From the NCBI GenBank assembly GCA_965112735.1, contig OZ218950.1, forward strand, positions 2,976,001-3,040,000: a stretch of 64,000 bases of DNA, in the 5' to 3' direction. The position numbers and the translations under genes were made by a program. A model generated the notes under the pieces. It was not told the origin of the DNA and did not search any database. It was given only the letters and a program-made list of their open reading frames with translations. Positions 24,657 to 37,502 of the stretch are shown here, in pieces; within the stretch, counting starts at the first letter, position 1; each line of letters opens with the position of its first letter. This stretch comes from Phaeosaccion multiseriatum (taxonomy: Eukaryota; Protista; Ochrophyta, other classes).

Positions 24657-26853
24657 TTACCTGTCCGCCTGAGCTGGGCCTTCTACAAGGGCGATGGCGT
24701 GCTGCATGTGAGGGTCCTCCCACAAAACGCCACCAGCCCCTCCCCTCCTTCATCTTCCCTCCCCATTACACGGCACCACCCCCCGCCACACGGCACCACC
24801 CCCTGCCGGCACCTCCCTCCTACGCCACAGTCCGCTCTCGCGGCTCGGTCCAATGGCAGCTTGACCCGCCAGTCAGAAGGGGAGGCGCTACGAGACAGAA
24901 CAGATGCCCTCATCAGAAGGGGCCTGCGCCTGCCTCGAAGAGCTTCTCCATAATGCCGCTCCCTTGCTTGAGAAGGATAGGCAGAGCGGCCGCCGTCGTT
25001 GCGAGCATCGTCCGCTTCTGCTCGGTCGTATAGCCAGATTGGCTACCCACGACCGTCATGTATTTCTCCTACAATACGAGTTCCGAGCAGAGGCAGAGAA
25101 AGGACGAGGTGAGAGACACAAAGGCAGGGCAGGAGGACAAGTCATTGAGCAGGAGGATGGTGGGCACCCACGACCGAAAGGCAGGAGGGGGGGACATACG
25201 CCCAACCTTCTGAAAAGCGATACGATACATGAGTGGGAGGTCGCCTGCTCTGCAGAGTGAGCTATGCCAGCCCCACACAAGCCCTTTGCGGTGACCGCAG
25301 ATGCACACTCACAATGATGCCTCGCTTCTTCGGCGCCATGGCCTTGGTCATTAGCTCTGCCTCTTCTGTCGAAGAGATGGTCGCCCAGCTGCAAACACGC
25401 ACACACAAGACGAGCACAAACCCGAGAAGAGTCTCCGTGAGCGACAAGACACAACCAGTGCGAGAGGGAGAGGGGCGGGGGGACTGTACACTCTCGGACA
25501 CACATATGGCGGAACCAAACAAACAAAAAGCACTTTTTAAAGTGCAAGCGCAGGCCCGACCGGGTCCATCCCCCCATCCATCCAAACAAGGAGCGCGCAG
25601 ACAGAAAAAGATACACAACGAAACAAAACCGCCATTCTAACCGCACAGAATACCCTACCGGTGGAGCTTCTCCTCGAGCAGCTTGGTAGATGGATTGCTC
25701 CCGTTTAACCGAAGGTTCTCCACCCTACCCAGCAGGCCCAAATAGACTTGGCACACAGGCACACCGTTGACCCCTAGAGCTCTCTTCATGGCGCGGGTGG
25801 CGAAACGGTCAGACACATCCACCTCGTAAAATGACACCCCAGTGGGATACGCCTGTCGCAGCCGCTTCAGAGGCCCCTTCAGCAGCTTGCAGCTGCGGCA
25901 CCAGCTGGGGAAGGAGGGTGGGACGGTGGGACGGTGGGAGGGAGGGAGAGATGGGAGGGTAGGACGGGGGAAGGGAGGGAGGGAGAGTGAGTGAGTGAGT
26001 GCGTGATTGAGTGAGGGAGGAAGGGACGCGATGAATGAAAGTGGGACAAGCAATGAGGCAGGGAGCCAGATACCACCAAGGCCCACGCCCGAACTGAGAC
26101 TCATGCGTGCCTCGGGCGTGACCCACTCTCGTACCTGGCCGTGAATGTGGTGACCATGATGGTGTTTCCTACTCCCCGCTCGTGATTGTCCGCGTGCCTC
26201 CGCACCAGCGCGTTGTACTGCTCCACCGAGGTTATCACCTCTGCCTCCTTCAATTCACCCTTCGTCATCTCAGCCTTAATTGAGCTTCTAACTTTCCTTG
26301 GTGTGGTGGCACTCGCGGTGGCACTGGGGATTGTCACTGGGGGTGGCGGGGGGCACTGGAACTTCGAGGGCACGACAGAAGTTTCCACTCGAAGAGGGAT
26401 TTGCTCCCCACCCTTGCTGCTACCATCAGCCCATGGCTTTGGAAATACACCGCTCGCGAAGCTCGGCGTGGAAACTCGAAGAGCACTACTGCTACTCTTC
26501 CTGCTTCTCTTCCCACCCTTGCTGCTACCATCGCCCCACGACTTCAGGAAAACACCGCTGGCGAAGCTCGGGACGGCGGAAAGGGCTTCAGAGCTGCTGC
26601 TGCTGCCGCTGGTGCTGGTGCTGCTGCCGCTCGTGGCCACGGGCGGCGGCGGCGGGCACCGGAATTTTGAGGCCGCTCCAAGAGCGCTACTGCTCCTCTC
26701 TCCAGTCCAGGGCACTTGACATCCGCTTGGCGAAAACGCTAGGCTCCTCCTGAGGCAGAGGAGGAGCGCCGCCGACAACCCAATTCGCCACTCAGGCCTC
26801 TGTCTCGTCCTGCTTCTCCTACTTCCCCTCACGGTGTCCACTTCGTCCGGCAT
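24657..26853 (-). CDS. Putative plastid-targeted atypical thioredoxin (WCRSC) with C-terminal extension
   Basis: Hydrophobic signal ending SLA-FSP; spliced FTA./WCRSCK..FYEVDV..GVNGVPVCQVY; further in-frame exons to stop at 24657. Confidence 0.75.
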
Positions 26854-27200
26854 CTCACCCCTCTATTTGCTTAAAATCTTCTTCCTCCTCTCCTCGCTGC
26901 TCGTAACTAATAAAAGGGTGTTCAAGTGAAAGAAAAATGCGTCAGTTTTCGTTTCAGTGGTGTGGTGTTTATAAAAAAAAAAATAGAGCACCGACTTTTT
27001 TCTTCTTCTTGAGGAAGGCCCGCCTCCGCTGCCGACGGCGGCCAAACGGGTCGATAGCACGTGAGGCAGGGGTTGCTTGAATAGGGGACCATGCCCGAGG
27101 CGCCCTCAGAGACGCGGGCGGGGGCAATACTACTCTACTACCCCACCAAACAACCCTGTGGTCTGCAAATCCAAGCCCCGGGGCGGGGGCACTACTACCA

Positions 27201-27398
27201 TCGGCCCCTGACAAGGTTCTGAGGCGACCCAGGCCAGAACCTGGAACCTGGCCGGAACCTGGCCCGCTGGCGAGGCTTGGCAGAGCAGCCTTGGCCTTCA
27301 TCATTGCCTTAATACATGGCTTTCCCCCAGAACCTGGAACCTGGCCGGCGGGCGCCGGTCAAAACCTGGAACCTGGTTCCCCCTCAGTCAGGGGCCGA
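27201..27398. mobile_element. MITE-like element C (TIR TCGGCCCCTGAC; TSD CTACCA)
   Basis: 12-bp perfect TIR; CTACCA at 27195-27200 and 27399-27404; internal AACCTGG repeats. Confidence 0.85.
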
Positions 27399-27726
27399 CT
27401 ACCACAACATCGAACCATACCCTCTTCCTCACGCTGGTAGTTTGCAAGCCCCGAACCCCTCCCTCTCTCCCTCTCTCCCTCCCTCCCTCCCTCCCTATTC
27501 GCCCTACGCTGGAGGTTGGTAAGCCCCCCTGCCCGGTCCTCAGTCCCCTCGCTCGCCAACCCATCCAGCACCCCGGTCTCTCATATGACACACACAGAAG
27601 TTTCGGAAGAAACGACTAAGGACGCATCTGTTCTTCACCTCGTGTACCCTCCGTGGGTAGGTGGTGCGTGCTTTTGCCAGACCTCGTCCCTTCTCTTGCT
27701 CCCCTGCTCTGACTCTGGCACCCGAG

Positions 27727-27879
27727 TCGACCGCTGCCGTGCTACCAACACATTCTTCGGTAACATACTTCTAGGCCCTGGGCCGCCGGCGGTAGCAGGG
27801 AGCAAGCCGGCTGACACAGGCGGTAGCAGGTAGCAGGCCTGCTGACGCCGGTGGTAGTGGGTAGCACGTCAGGGGTCAA
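27727..27879. mobile_element. Degenerate MITE-like element D (TIR TYGACCSCTGMCGTGCTACC)
   Basis: 20-bp TIR with 3 mismatches; internal GGTAGC repeats; no TSD retained. Confidence 0.6.
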
Positions 27880-29127
27880 ACACCGCTCCGCACCACCCGC
27901 TCGGGCAGCAGCAGCACGTCCGAAGCGAAGTGACCATCATGGGGGGGCAGGACGTACATGGAGGTATGTGCCAATGGACACTTCTCAGAATCATGCGCCT
28001 TCTTCTCCAGTGCCAGTGCCGTGCACTGTATGAAGACTGCACACCACCGCGCCCTGGCTTGCCTCATGCCCCTCTACTGATGGCCCCGCCCAACAAGCGC
28101 CTGGCTGGCCTGATGCTCAGCCCCCGAGTGTTGCTTCACGCGGCGCGCATGGAGTCATGGAGCGAGCGAGGCCGGGAGTGCCAACCACCTGGGCTTCCGC
28201 GACTCCGCTCACGATTGGCACCGCTACCCTGTCGGCCAATACAATCTGGGGCGGCTTCGGGCTTCTTCCACTCTGGCGCCAAGGCCATGCCGAACGCTCT
28301 GGAATAGAGAGCTTGCTCCTAGAGCGTGGCAGGACAACCGATGTGAACGTGGTTGGTGACCTCTGGGCCTCAAACCCCTTCTCCAACTTCACCTTCTCTT
28401 TCCCCAAAACAACGTGAAGTCTTGCTTCGCCTCCACTGCCTTGCAACAAGACGTGATCCGTGCCAATCAAAAATCGCATAAAGTCTCTACCCGGCACCCC
28501 CCCCGTGACGTTCTCCTTCCGCTTCTCCTTCCTGCGCGGACTCTGAATGCTCTCAAAAACATTGATTAGGTGTCTCGATTCAAAGGCCTCCTCCTTGGGG
28601 GAGGACGTCGAAACCTTTTCTGGCACCCTTGCACTCCCTTCTTTCCCTTGCAGTTGCTGCCATACTACTTTGTCGGATTTCTCCAATTCCTCCTTTTTCC
28701 CAGCTCCTCCTCCTTCGTCCTTAATGTGAGTGTTTTGGGTTTGGGGGGGTGTTGGGTGCTTGGGGGCTTCTTCTCCGGGACTATTCGTTAGCTTCCTCTC
28801 TTCGAAGGTCCTTCTCCTCGTGGGCCTCGTCCTCGGCTTCGTCTCTTGTTTGCAACTATTTCTTGCTAGCCTCCGTGGCGTCATCCTTTTCTATTTGTTG
28901 CTCTGAATTGAACGCAGACAGCCTTTGGGCGCTGCCTAAAAGTAAGCAGTTGAATTTTCTCTCTGAGTTGTGCCGAGGCAGCTCTCGGAGAATGAGAGAG
29001 AGAGAGAGCCACAGCAAAGCAACCACAACTTCAACGCTGGAACAGTCTGAGGATGACTGATGCACATGTAGCCGTTCGAACGGAGGAGAGGAAAGGGGGC
29101 GGGTCCGCGTGAGGAAACGTGAAACGC

Positions 29128-32100
29128 CCATGGGTTGGCAGCGAGGCGCGAGGCGCCCCAGAGCAAATGCGGACGACTGGATTGTAAAGAGCCCCACATT
29201 TCGCTATGGAACTAGTGCAAAGGGCCTACTGCCGAGGAACCCTGGCCTGGGAGGCCCCTGTGGCTCCTCAGGGCGAGAAGGGGGCAAGTATCCGTCGCCT
29301 GCCTTTCCTCTGGTGAGTAGTACGACGAAGGACGTCCACCGAGACGACGATGACGAAGAGCAGAGCTGTAGTAGTATTTTCGATGAAACTGAAAGTGGTC
29401 AAAGCTCTGCCTGTTCGTCCCAGCAGCGTGCAGCTGAAGGTGGAGGGCCAAGTCACTCGTTCACGCTCACAGAGCGCTGCCAGTGGCAAGGCACCTCGAG
29501 GAGGGAAGGCACTCTCCAGTACTCGCGGAGCCTATCCCCCACATCCACTCGGACTGCAGCTGTAAGGCTTGCCGTCTCCTCCGTGGAACAGGAAGGGCCC
29601 ATGGAACCGGAGTCGTTTTACCTCCCAGATCGCACAGCCGGCGCGGGGGGCGGAGTGTGTCGAAAGAATGTGCTGCTGTCAGCCTTTGTCACCCCCGCTA
29701 CCACGGGGGCAGCCGAAAGTAGCGTGAGCCCCTACGACATGGAAAGTAAGGCTGAGTGGGAGACGCGAGTGGCGAACATGACGCTGGGGTTGGCGGAGAC
29801 GGTTCGGGAGGAGGCGTTGTGGAGGGCCAAGAAACGGGGAATCGCCGAGCAGGATCCTCTGCCCCCTGTGCCTCAGGTCTACGACGCGTTCGAGTGTCTT
29901 CCTTCCACTAAGACACTGTCCCAAGCATGCTACGCTCAGCCGGACTTTTGGCCCAACTTCGAACACACAAAATACAGGTGTGAGGGGGGTTTGGTAGAAA
30001 GAAGGTGTAACGTCTGAGCGAGGCATTGTGGAATGGGCGGCTCGAGGCCTCGCTTCGGTTTGGGGGGGCATCAAGGATAGTCAACCCCCCCCTATGTAAA
30101 CAGGACGTCTAAGTCAAGTCCCCTTTATCCCCCCCCCCCCCCCACCGCGCACACAAATCCGCAGGGGCAAGATTCCCGTCGAGATGGAGAAGCGGAGAGC
30201 GGACTGGCTCATACCTCATGGTAGCGTGTACGCCAAGAAGGGGCAGAAACAGGTAGGATGATGCATTCCTCGCCTGCCTTCTTAATCTACTATTGCTGGC
30301 ATCATTGCCTCTCCCCATCTCACGAAGGGAGAGATTTGTATGCAGCCTGTTTCTCAAGAGGTGGGCATGTGTATACTCTTCAGTTGGAGAAACCTTTGAT
30401 GTGAAGGTGGCCTTCTCGGTGTCTTTGCACGTATTGTGTACAGACAGTGAGTGCAGTCTCTGGTCTCTCTACCTCTCCCCCTCTCTCCCTCTCTCTCCCT
30501 CTCTCTCCCTCCACCCCTCTCTCTCTCTAACACAAAACTCCGCCGCATTGTCGCTACCTTGCTGTGAGGCGCAGGTCCTGTTCTCAGACACCGGCGTCGC
30601 CCTGGGCCGCTGTGAGAACACCGCCTACTGGGAACGCTTGGCCTGGTTCAGGCGAATTCAAGAAGCGCGAGAGCAGGGTCAGAACGGCCAATCGTCGCTA
30701 CTCACGGCAATGTTCGCACAGCACGAGGCAGACGCCGGCAAGAGGTTCGACGCCGAGGTGGCAGAACTGCGGCTCAAGAAACTGCAGCAAAAGATTGCCC
30801 TGATGATGATGGGCAATCTCAAGTCTCATTTCCTAGCCTGGGCCAGGTACTCGGCCGCCTCGAAGAAGATTCGAAAGACTTTTGCGCTGCGAATGTTCGG
30901 CACCCAGCAGGCGTGCTTCTCTGCATTGCGCAGGCACGCACTGCAGAGCATCAAGGTGAAGAAGCTCGGGGCCAAGATCTTTATGGGTGCGCTGAGGGCC
31001 TGCTTCGTTGCCATCAAGGGGCACGCACACAAGAGTAAGCGAGTGCGTCAGTTCGTGTCCAAGAGCTTGGTGAGTGGGGCAAGAAAGAGGGAGAGGGACG
31101 AGAGACAGAGAGTGTGGGAGGGGGAGAGGAGGAGGAGGAGGAGGAGGAGGAGGAGGAGGAGGAGGAGGAGGAGGAGGAGGAGGAGGAGGAGGAGGAGGAG
31201 GAGGAGGAGGAGGAGGAGGAGGAGGAGGAGGAGGAGGAGGAGGAGGAGGAGGAGGAGGAGGAGGAGGAGGAGGAGGAGGAGGAGGAGGAGGAGGAGGAGG
31301 AGGAGGAGGAGGAGGAGGAGGAGGAGGAGGAGGAGGAGGAGGAGGAGGAGGAGGAGGAGGAGGAGGAGGAGGAGGAGGAGGAGGAGGAGGAGGAGGAGGA
31401 GGAGGAGGAGGAGGAGGAGGAGGAGGAGGAGGAGGAGGAGGAGGAGGAGGAGGAGGAGGAGGAGGAGGAGGAGGAGGAGGAGGAGGAGGAGGAGGAGGAG
31501 GAGGAGGAGGAGGAGGAGGAGGAGGAGGAGGAGGAGGAGGAGGAGGAGGAGGAGGAGGAGGAGGAGGAGGAGGAGGAGGAGGAGGAGGAGGAGGAGGAGG
31601 AGGAGGAGGAGGAGGAGGAGGAGGAGGAGGAGGAGGAGGAGGAGGAGGAGGAGGAGGAGGAGGAGGAGGAGGAGGAGGAGGAGGAGGAGGAGGAGGAGGA
31701 GGAGGAGGAGGAGGAGGAGGAGGAGGAGGAGGAGGAGGAGGAGGAGGAGGAGGAGGAGGAGGAGGAGGAGGAGGAGGAGGAGGAGGAGGAGGAGGAGGAG
31801 GAGGAGGAGGAGGAGGAGGAGGAGGAGGAGGAGGAGGAGGAGGAGGAGGAGGAGGAGGAGGAGGAGGAGGAGGAGAGACGAAGGGACGGAGAGAAGATGG
31901 GGAGGGTGGAGAGAACGGAGGAGGGAGGGAGTGAGAGAGGGCGGGACGTCGAGGAGAGAGAAAAGGAGAGAGAGGTCCTTTCCTACCCCAGCCACCTTGA
32001 TTGAGCGAGGGACGAAACTTGACATTCACCACTTTGTGCAAACACTCTCACCACCGCACTTTTCCTCCTGCCCCATGTGTTCTTTGTGCTCCACACTGTG

Positions 32101-33028
32101 GGGATGAATCAGTTGGGTGTGACGCAGACAGTCTTTCAGGCGTGGAAGGTGTGGAGCCATCATGAAGCGGAGCACCGCCGAGAAGCCTTGGACAAGGCGG
32201 TGGTGGGACAGAGGGCAATGGTCGCGATGGGCCAGCAGCTACCGGTGGCCTTTCGCAGTTGGAAGATGCTCACCATGGCGGAGAGGCACAAGAGGCGTCT
32301 GCGTCGCAATCGAGACCGTCGGATGAAATGCCTCAGCTTCCAGAGGCTGAAGCGCAATCACGACCTCTGCAGGCAGCACCTGGCCTACCGCAGACGATTT
32401 ATGATGCAGAAGGTAAGGGGAGGGGAGGGGGGGGGAGGGGAGGGGAGGGGAGGGGAGGGAAAGGGGAAGGGAGGGTGGAGATATGAGGGGTAGAGGAGGG
32501 GAGGGGGGGGGGAGGGAGGGGAGGAGAGGAGAGGGGAGGGGGGGGGGGGAGGGGAGAGGAGAAGAGAGGAGAGGAGAGGAGAGGAGAGGAGAGGAGAGGA
32601 TAGAGGCATTGCGGGGTTTGAAGAGTATCCTCCTCTCTTGAGTCTCTCCCTCACTTTGAGATCTCACACGTCTGTATCCTTCTCGTGCCTTCGAACAACA
32701 CACGCGCGCAGGTGTTCTTTGGGTGGCTGAGAGGCATTGCGGTCATCATTGACGACCGTCTGAGGCACAAGGTTAACCATTCGGCCTTCTTTGCGCTCGG
32801 GGCTGGGGCTGTCTTTGTGCATCGGAGGCAACAGGCGCCCGGGGCAGGGGAAGATGGGGATGTGGCAGCCGCAGCACCGCAAGGAGGAGGAGGAGAAGGA
32901 CTGATGCCCGTCGAAGCAGGAGGAGCACCAACACCACAAGCAGTAACAGCAGCAGAAGTAGAAGAAGAAGGAGGAGGAGGAGGAGGAGGAGGAGGAGGAG
33001 GAGGAGAAGGAGGAGGAGGAGGGATAGT

Positions 33029-33108
<80 letters not shown>

Positions 33109-33623
33109 GAGGAGGAGGAGGAGAAGCGGCAGACACCGTTTCATCAGTCCAAAGTCAGCCCACGGCCCCGGCAGACGAGGGGGGGGTGGTAGCGGAAGAA
33201 GCAGCAGTCGCGGTAGCAGGAGACACTGCTGGGGAAGCAGAGTCTGCACGTGACAACCCTATGAGTCTACCAGAGAATGCGAAGAAGTCCAGTAGGCCAA
33301 AGCCCAGCCGGAAAAGGGCGAAGGCAGCTAAGCAGTCTTCAGGAAAGTCCGCGCGGACTGCTGACCCCGACAGTGAGAGCAAGAGCAAGAGGAGGATGGC
33401 TGACCGCCATAGTGAGAGCAAGAGCAAGAGGACTGCTGACCCTGACAGTGGTAGCAAGAGCAAGAGGACTGATAACCCTGACAGTACTACCAAGAGCAAG
33501 AGGAGGACAAGCAGGACGGAGCGGGCAAAAAGAGAGCGAGACAGGGACAAGAAGGACGAAGCAGATCCCTCGCTTCCAACGGGAGAAAAAGGAGAACGAA
33601 ACAGGAAGGAAGCGGGGGGGTGA
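29128..33623 (+). CDS. Hypothetical protein with Sfi1-like F-x-x-W helical repeats and low-complexity tails (about 5 exons)
   Basis: Exons ~29128-29977, ~30165-30252, ~30575-31069, ~32113-32412, 32712-33623; repeats HFLAWARY, VFQAWKVW, AFRSWKM, VFFGWL. Confidence 0.55.
31126..31875 (+). repeat. (GAG)~250 pure microsatellite in an intron
   Basis: Uninterrupted GAG run between the GTGAGT donor at 31070 and the acceptor near 32112. Confidence 0.9.
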
Positions 33624-34516
33624 GCATCGTGTCTCGAATATGTCTCTTTCATGTAGAAGTAGTTAATTTGCTTGTCAAGCAAGTCTGCGCATTTAGGCCG
33701 CGTCGGGACGGCCCTTGTACGTGAGAGCAAATGTACCTATTGGTTGACATCGCTTAGATACACCATAAACGCAGACCATAAACGCGTTATGCAGCAGCGG
33801 ACCATCTTGACTTCCACCTATAGTCTCCAGGCAAACAGGCACTCCTTCCTCTCTCGTCTGAGCCACGGCTCAGGCCTATGGGGGGGGGGCGACAGGTCAC
33901 GCCGCAGCTCACCACACAGCTCGCCACGACAGCCCCACGCTGCTGAACCAGCCCGGAGGAGACCAAGGCCAGGGGAAGGTCGCGCTTTGCATAATCCTTC
34001 TCTCACAGACAGTCGCGTGGAGAAAGCCCTCTCCTGCTCAGGGCACACGGCGATGTCCCCTCGGGCAAGGGCCTTTCTCCTTCTTCAATACTCCGATGCG
34101 TTGACCACCGATCCTTTGCTGCCTAATCTTGCGTACCATACCCGACCCGAGTCCCAGTGGCTGGGGCAGTGAAGGCGCCAAGCGGAGAGATGGTTGTGCC
34201 CATAGCACCTCTGAGGCCACTTGAGGGGGAAATTCATACCTGCCACGTCGCCCTGCACCCCCTCCGACTAGCGCTGTGCGGTACTGTGGGCGAAAGCTAC
34301 TCTCTCGCCCGCCGCAATAATGGCCGGGGGCTGCAGCGAAGGGAAGACTGAGAGTGAGAGTCCAGCTTGCTTGACTGTGCAGCCCCCCCATAGGAGACGA
34401 TACGCCCCCCTTCCCCCGCTGTCTTGATGTGTCCTGTGAACTAGCGAGCGCCATTACAGCGCATCCCCTCTCTACCCCTCCGCCTTGGCGTCCTCACGAC
34501 TGCGCCCTCAACCTCC

Positions 34517-35073
34517 TTAGTCCTCCAAGGTGGTCCCGTACAGAATGGGAAACAGCTCCCTCTGCACCTGCCGGATGAAGGGATCGTGTCGATAGTGATC
34601 GGACATGGTCTCCTTCCACTCCTCCGGGGGGGTGTTCCTCAGAGTGATTATCAGCTCCTGCGTCTGCGCGTGGCAGCAGAGGTGCGAAGTGGGGGGGGAA
34701 GTGGGGGTGAAAAACGGCTTGATTGCACGACGAAAGGCGAGGGGCCTCCCTCGGCCTCTCCGACCCTCCCACTCACCCTGTAGTCCTGTAGCATTCCCCT
34801 GAGCTGCACGTCTCCCATGATTCTGTCCAGCGCCTCCTTGGACACCTGTCTCTCCCCTCTGCGCCCCTCCGGCACGTACTCTTCGCTCTCCCTGGGCTTG
34901 TCCCAAAGCACGCCTTGTGAGCCTCTGTGCGCTCCACCTCCAGTCCGCACACTTGCACGTGACTGCCCCTGCAGCTGAGCAGGTGCGTTGGGCGGAGGAG
35001 CCAGCAGGAAAGCCGACACCGACCGTCCAAAAAGGACTACAGCAGTTGCTGATGCCAAAGCTCCTCCCTTCAT
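34517..35073 (-). CDS. Small putative plastid-targeted hypothetical protein (2 exons)
   Basis: MKGGALASATAVVLFGRSVSA-FLLAP (ASAFAP-like); intron ~34776-34663 joins MLQDYR to TQELII..TTLED*. Confidence 0.7.
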
Positions 35074-35213
35074 TGCTCCTCAGTCCTGTTTGTTGATGGG
35101 AATCGGGCCTGTGTTGCTTAAGACTGGGCCATTGACTTGTACGTTGAGCTTTTGCCGCGTGTCCGGAGAATTCATTCCATCTCCAGAAAGCGCCACTTAC
35201 ACAAGCACAAAGG

Positions 35214-36436
35214 ATGAATCGTCTTACGCTACTCGCTTTGGGGTCCATGTTGAGTCTCGCGGCTGCTGGCGGGTTTTGGTCGGAGCTGGAGGAGGCAGAG
35301 GGGGGACAAGAGGAGCACCCAGCCAGGTTGCCGCCCGCGCTCCCATTCGCTCCTGGGCAGCCAGAGGCGTGGCCAGACTCCTTCTTCGCCAGCGAGCTCA
35401 GGTACGTTCCCTGCCGCGCTCTTCCTTGTTCCTCTCCTTCGCTTCTTTCCACACAAATCCTTCTTTTTTTTCCCCTTCCCCCCTTTCCCCTTTATCTTCC
35501 CTTCTCCTTCTCTCCATGCCTCACCCTACCCCTTCTCCGTCTGCCTTCTTCTCTCTCTCCTTCTCCCCCTCCCTCTTCCCTAGGAATGGGAGCACTCCGG
35601 CCGGAGAGAGCACAGGACCACCGCAGCAAATCCTCAAATATTACGACGCTCCGCGCTTGAGCATGCTGCAAGAGTGCAGCAGGGAGGGAGTCACATCCAG
35701 CTTTCTCATTCGTGGGACCGATAGCTGGGTGTTCAATGAGCAAAACCAGGCATGCGAGTACCTTCAGCTACCCGTCGGTATCGTCACCCAGGACTGGTTT
35801 GTGGGAGGCGCCTACGAAGGCACACAGGTGGTGAACAGCGTCCTATCGAACAAGTGGGTCACTCAAGATCACGAGTACTACGAAACAGTGGAGCATCCCA
35901 AGCGGCCGACACGCGTTGTCACCCCCCTTGACCAAAAGGTGAGACTGTCCTGCAGCTTCTCGGGCTGATGCCCTGAGTCTTCTTCCTTCCTGTCAGTCCC
36001 ACTCATTGTCCATCTGCTTTGACCCATCACTCAGGGCAACAAGAACCAGGAGGATTATGGCGTGTTCCAACCAATGTCATTCGAGGACAACTTTTTTGAG
36101 GTGCCCGCATACTGCCCCAGCGCTCAGGAGCAGGGGGAAGCGAGGATCAGCAGCAGCAGCGGTGGCGACACCTCAGGCGGGGCCCTCCTGGAGAGGCTTT
36201 GGGCTGGCTCATGTCCGAATCGCTATCTCCCGACGACAAGTACTCGATCACGACCTCTTCCTCCTCCTCGCCGTCTTACGACCGCTCTTCCTCCTCCTCC
36301 TTCTCCTCCTACTCTTCGTCAAGCCCGCGAGGAGGGGCTTGGGCTTGGGAGGACGAGATTCTCGCCGACCCGAAGGAGTGCTTTCTCCCCGTGTCCGCCC
36401 CCACCCAGCCCCCCGCAGAGGGAGCATTCTTGGTAG
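35214..36436 (+). CDS. Secreted ependymin-related (EPDR/At4g14100-like) protein; exons 35214-35401, 35584-35938, 36034-36436
   Basis: Signal peptide; P..WPDSF, YYD, C..VGIVTQDW..GAYEG, EYYE..RP, FEVPAYC motifs recalled for this family. Confidence 0.7.
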
Positions 36437-36764
36437 CAGCAGAGTAGCAACCGTCAACTCCGTTCGGCCGTGAAAGGCACCCACACACACACACACACAG
36501 TGTACATAGCTTATGTTTATACAGCGGGATTAAAGAACGAAGGCCTAAGACTGACGTGCCGTTGCTTGTTCTCGCTCTGAGGAAGGGTGAGTAGGCAGAG
36601 AAGCATGCGTTCTGAGAAAGAGCCACCTTAGTGTAAATAAAATGCACCAATCCAGTAGCATCGCGGGTTTCGGCTCGCGCTTCCCATCGCTCCTCGCCTG
36701 AGCGAGGTGTAGGTGGCTCAAGCTCAGCCATCGCCTCGCCGTGTCTCCTTGCCAGCTCCTGGGT

Positions 36765-37502
36765 CTATTCCACCTCCCATTGCTGCTGCCGTATCACCAA
36801 CTGTTGCTGCTCCTCTTCCTTGCCATGCGTCGCTCTCGTCGCAGCCAAGCTGCGCTCCTCGTCCGCGCTACCGCCTCTCCCCGCGACCCCTTCCCCCTCC
36901 CCCCCGCCCACCCCTTCCGCCCCTCCCTCCTCCCATCTTGCTGAAGCCTCGCACTGCGCCCTCCACATCTCCCCTCTCGGTCCCCTCCCATTCCCTTTCG
37001 CTTCCTGCCCCTCGCTCCACCCCCCCTCTTCTCAATCTCCATCTCCTTCATCTCTCTTGTGGCGATTCGCTGAGCCTCGTTGACGCGCTCAAGCAGCACA
37101 AGCACAGCGTCCTCATCGGTCTCAAGGGCAGGCAGCTTACGACCGATGAGACCCTGGGGAGGACAAGTGATTCTCAAAGGCCGTGTGTGTCAAGGGTGCA
37201 GGAAGAAGACTGTTTGCAGAGCAGTCACGCGGCCGCCAAGTCGCAGCTGGTGTGGATAGCTCACCTCGCCGCCGAACTTGTTGAGCGCTGCGAGGCCCTT
37301 CTCGAGAGGAGAGCATAAAATGGCACAAGTACAGGATCCGTCAAACCCATGCTTTCTTCCCCTCCTGCTCGTCTTTACGCACCGAGCGGTACACTCGCCG
37401 GGATGCCACTGCTGCTGTACCACCAACTGCTGCCTCTACTACTGCTCCTGCCGCCGCCGCTGCTGCTCTCTCTCTGATATCCGAGGCATTCGTCGGCCCC
37501 AT
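36765..37502 (-). CDS. Possible small hypothetical protein (multi-exon, model uncertain)
   Basis: Coding-like segments MGPTNASDIRER.., LEKGLAALNKFGGE/gtgagc, cag/GLIGRKLPALETDEDAVLVLLERVNE. Confidence 0.35.

Noticed and set aside
27930-29197. Overlapping 100-255 aa ORFs on both strands
   Set aside because: No recognisable domain, inconsistent frames, and no splice model I could support
30833-32107. Long poly-R/P/L/G/E ORFs
   Set aside because: Artefacts of translating the intronic (GAG)n tract; a GT donor at 31070 precedes it
33818-34454. Coding-like composition between two convergent genes
   Set aside because: Short ORFs without motifs; may be UTR or a decayed fragment
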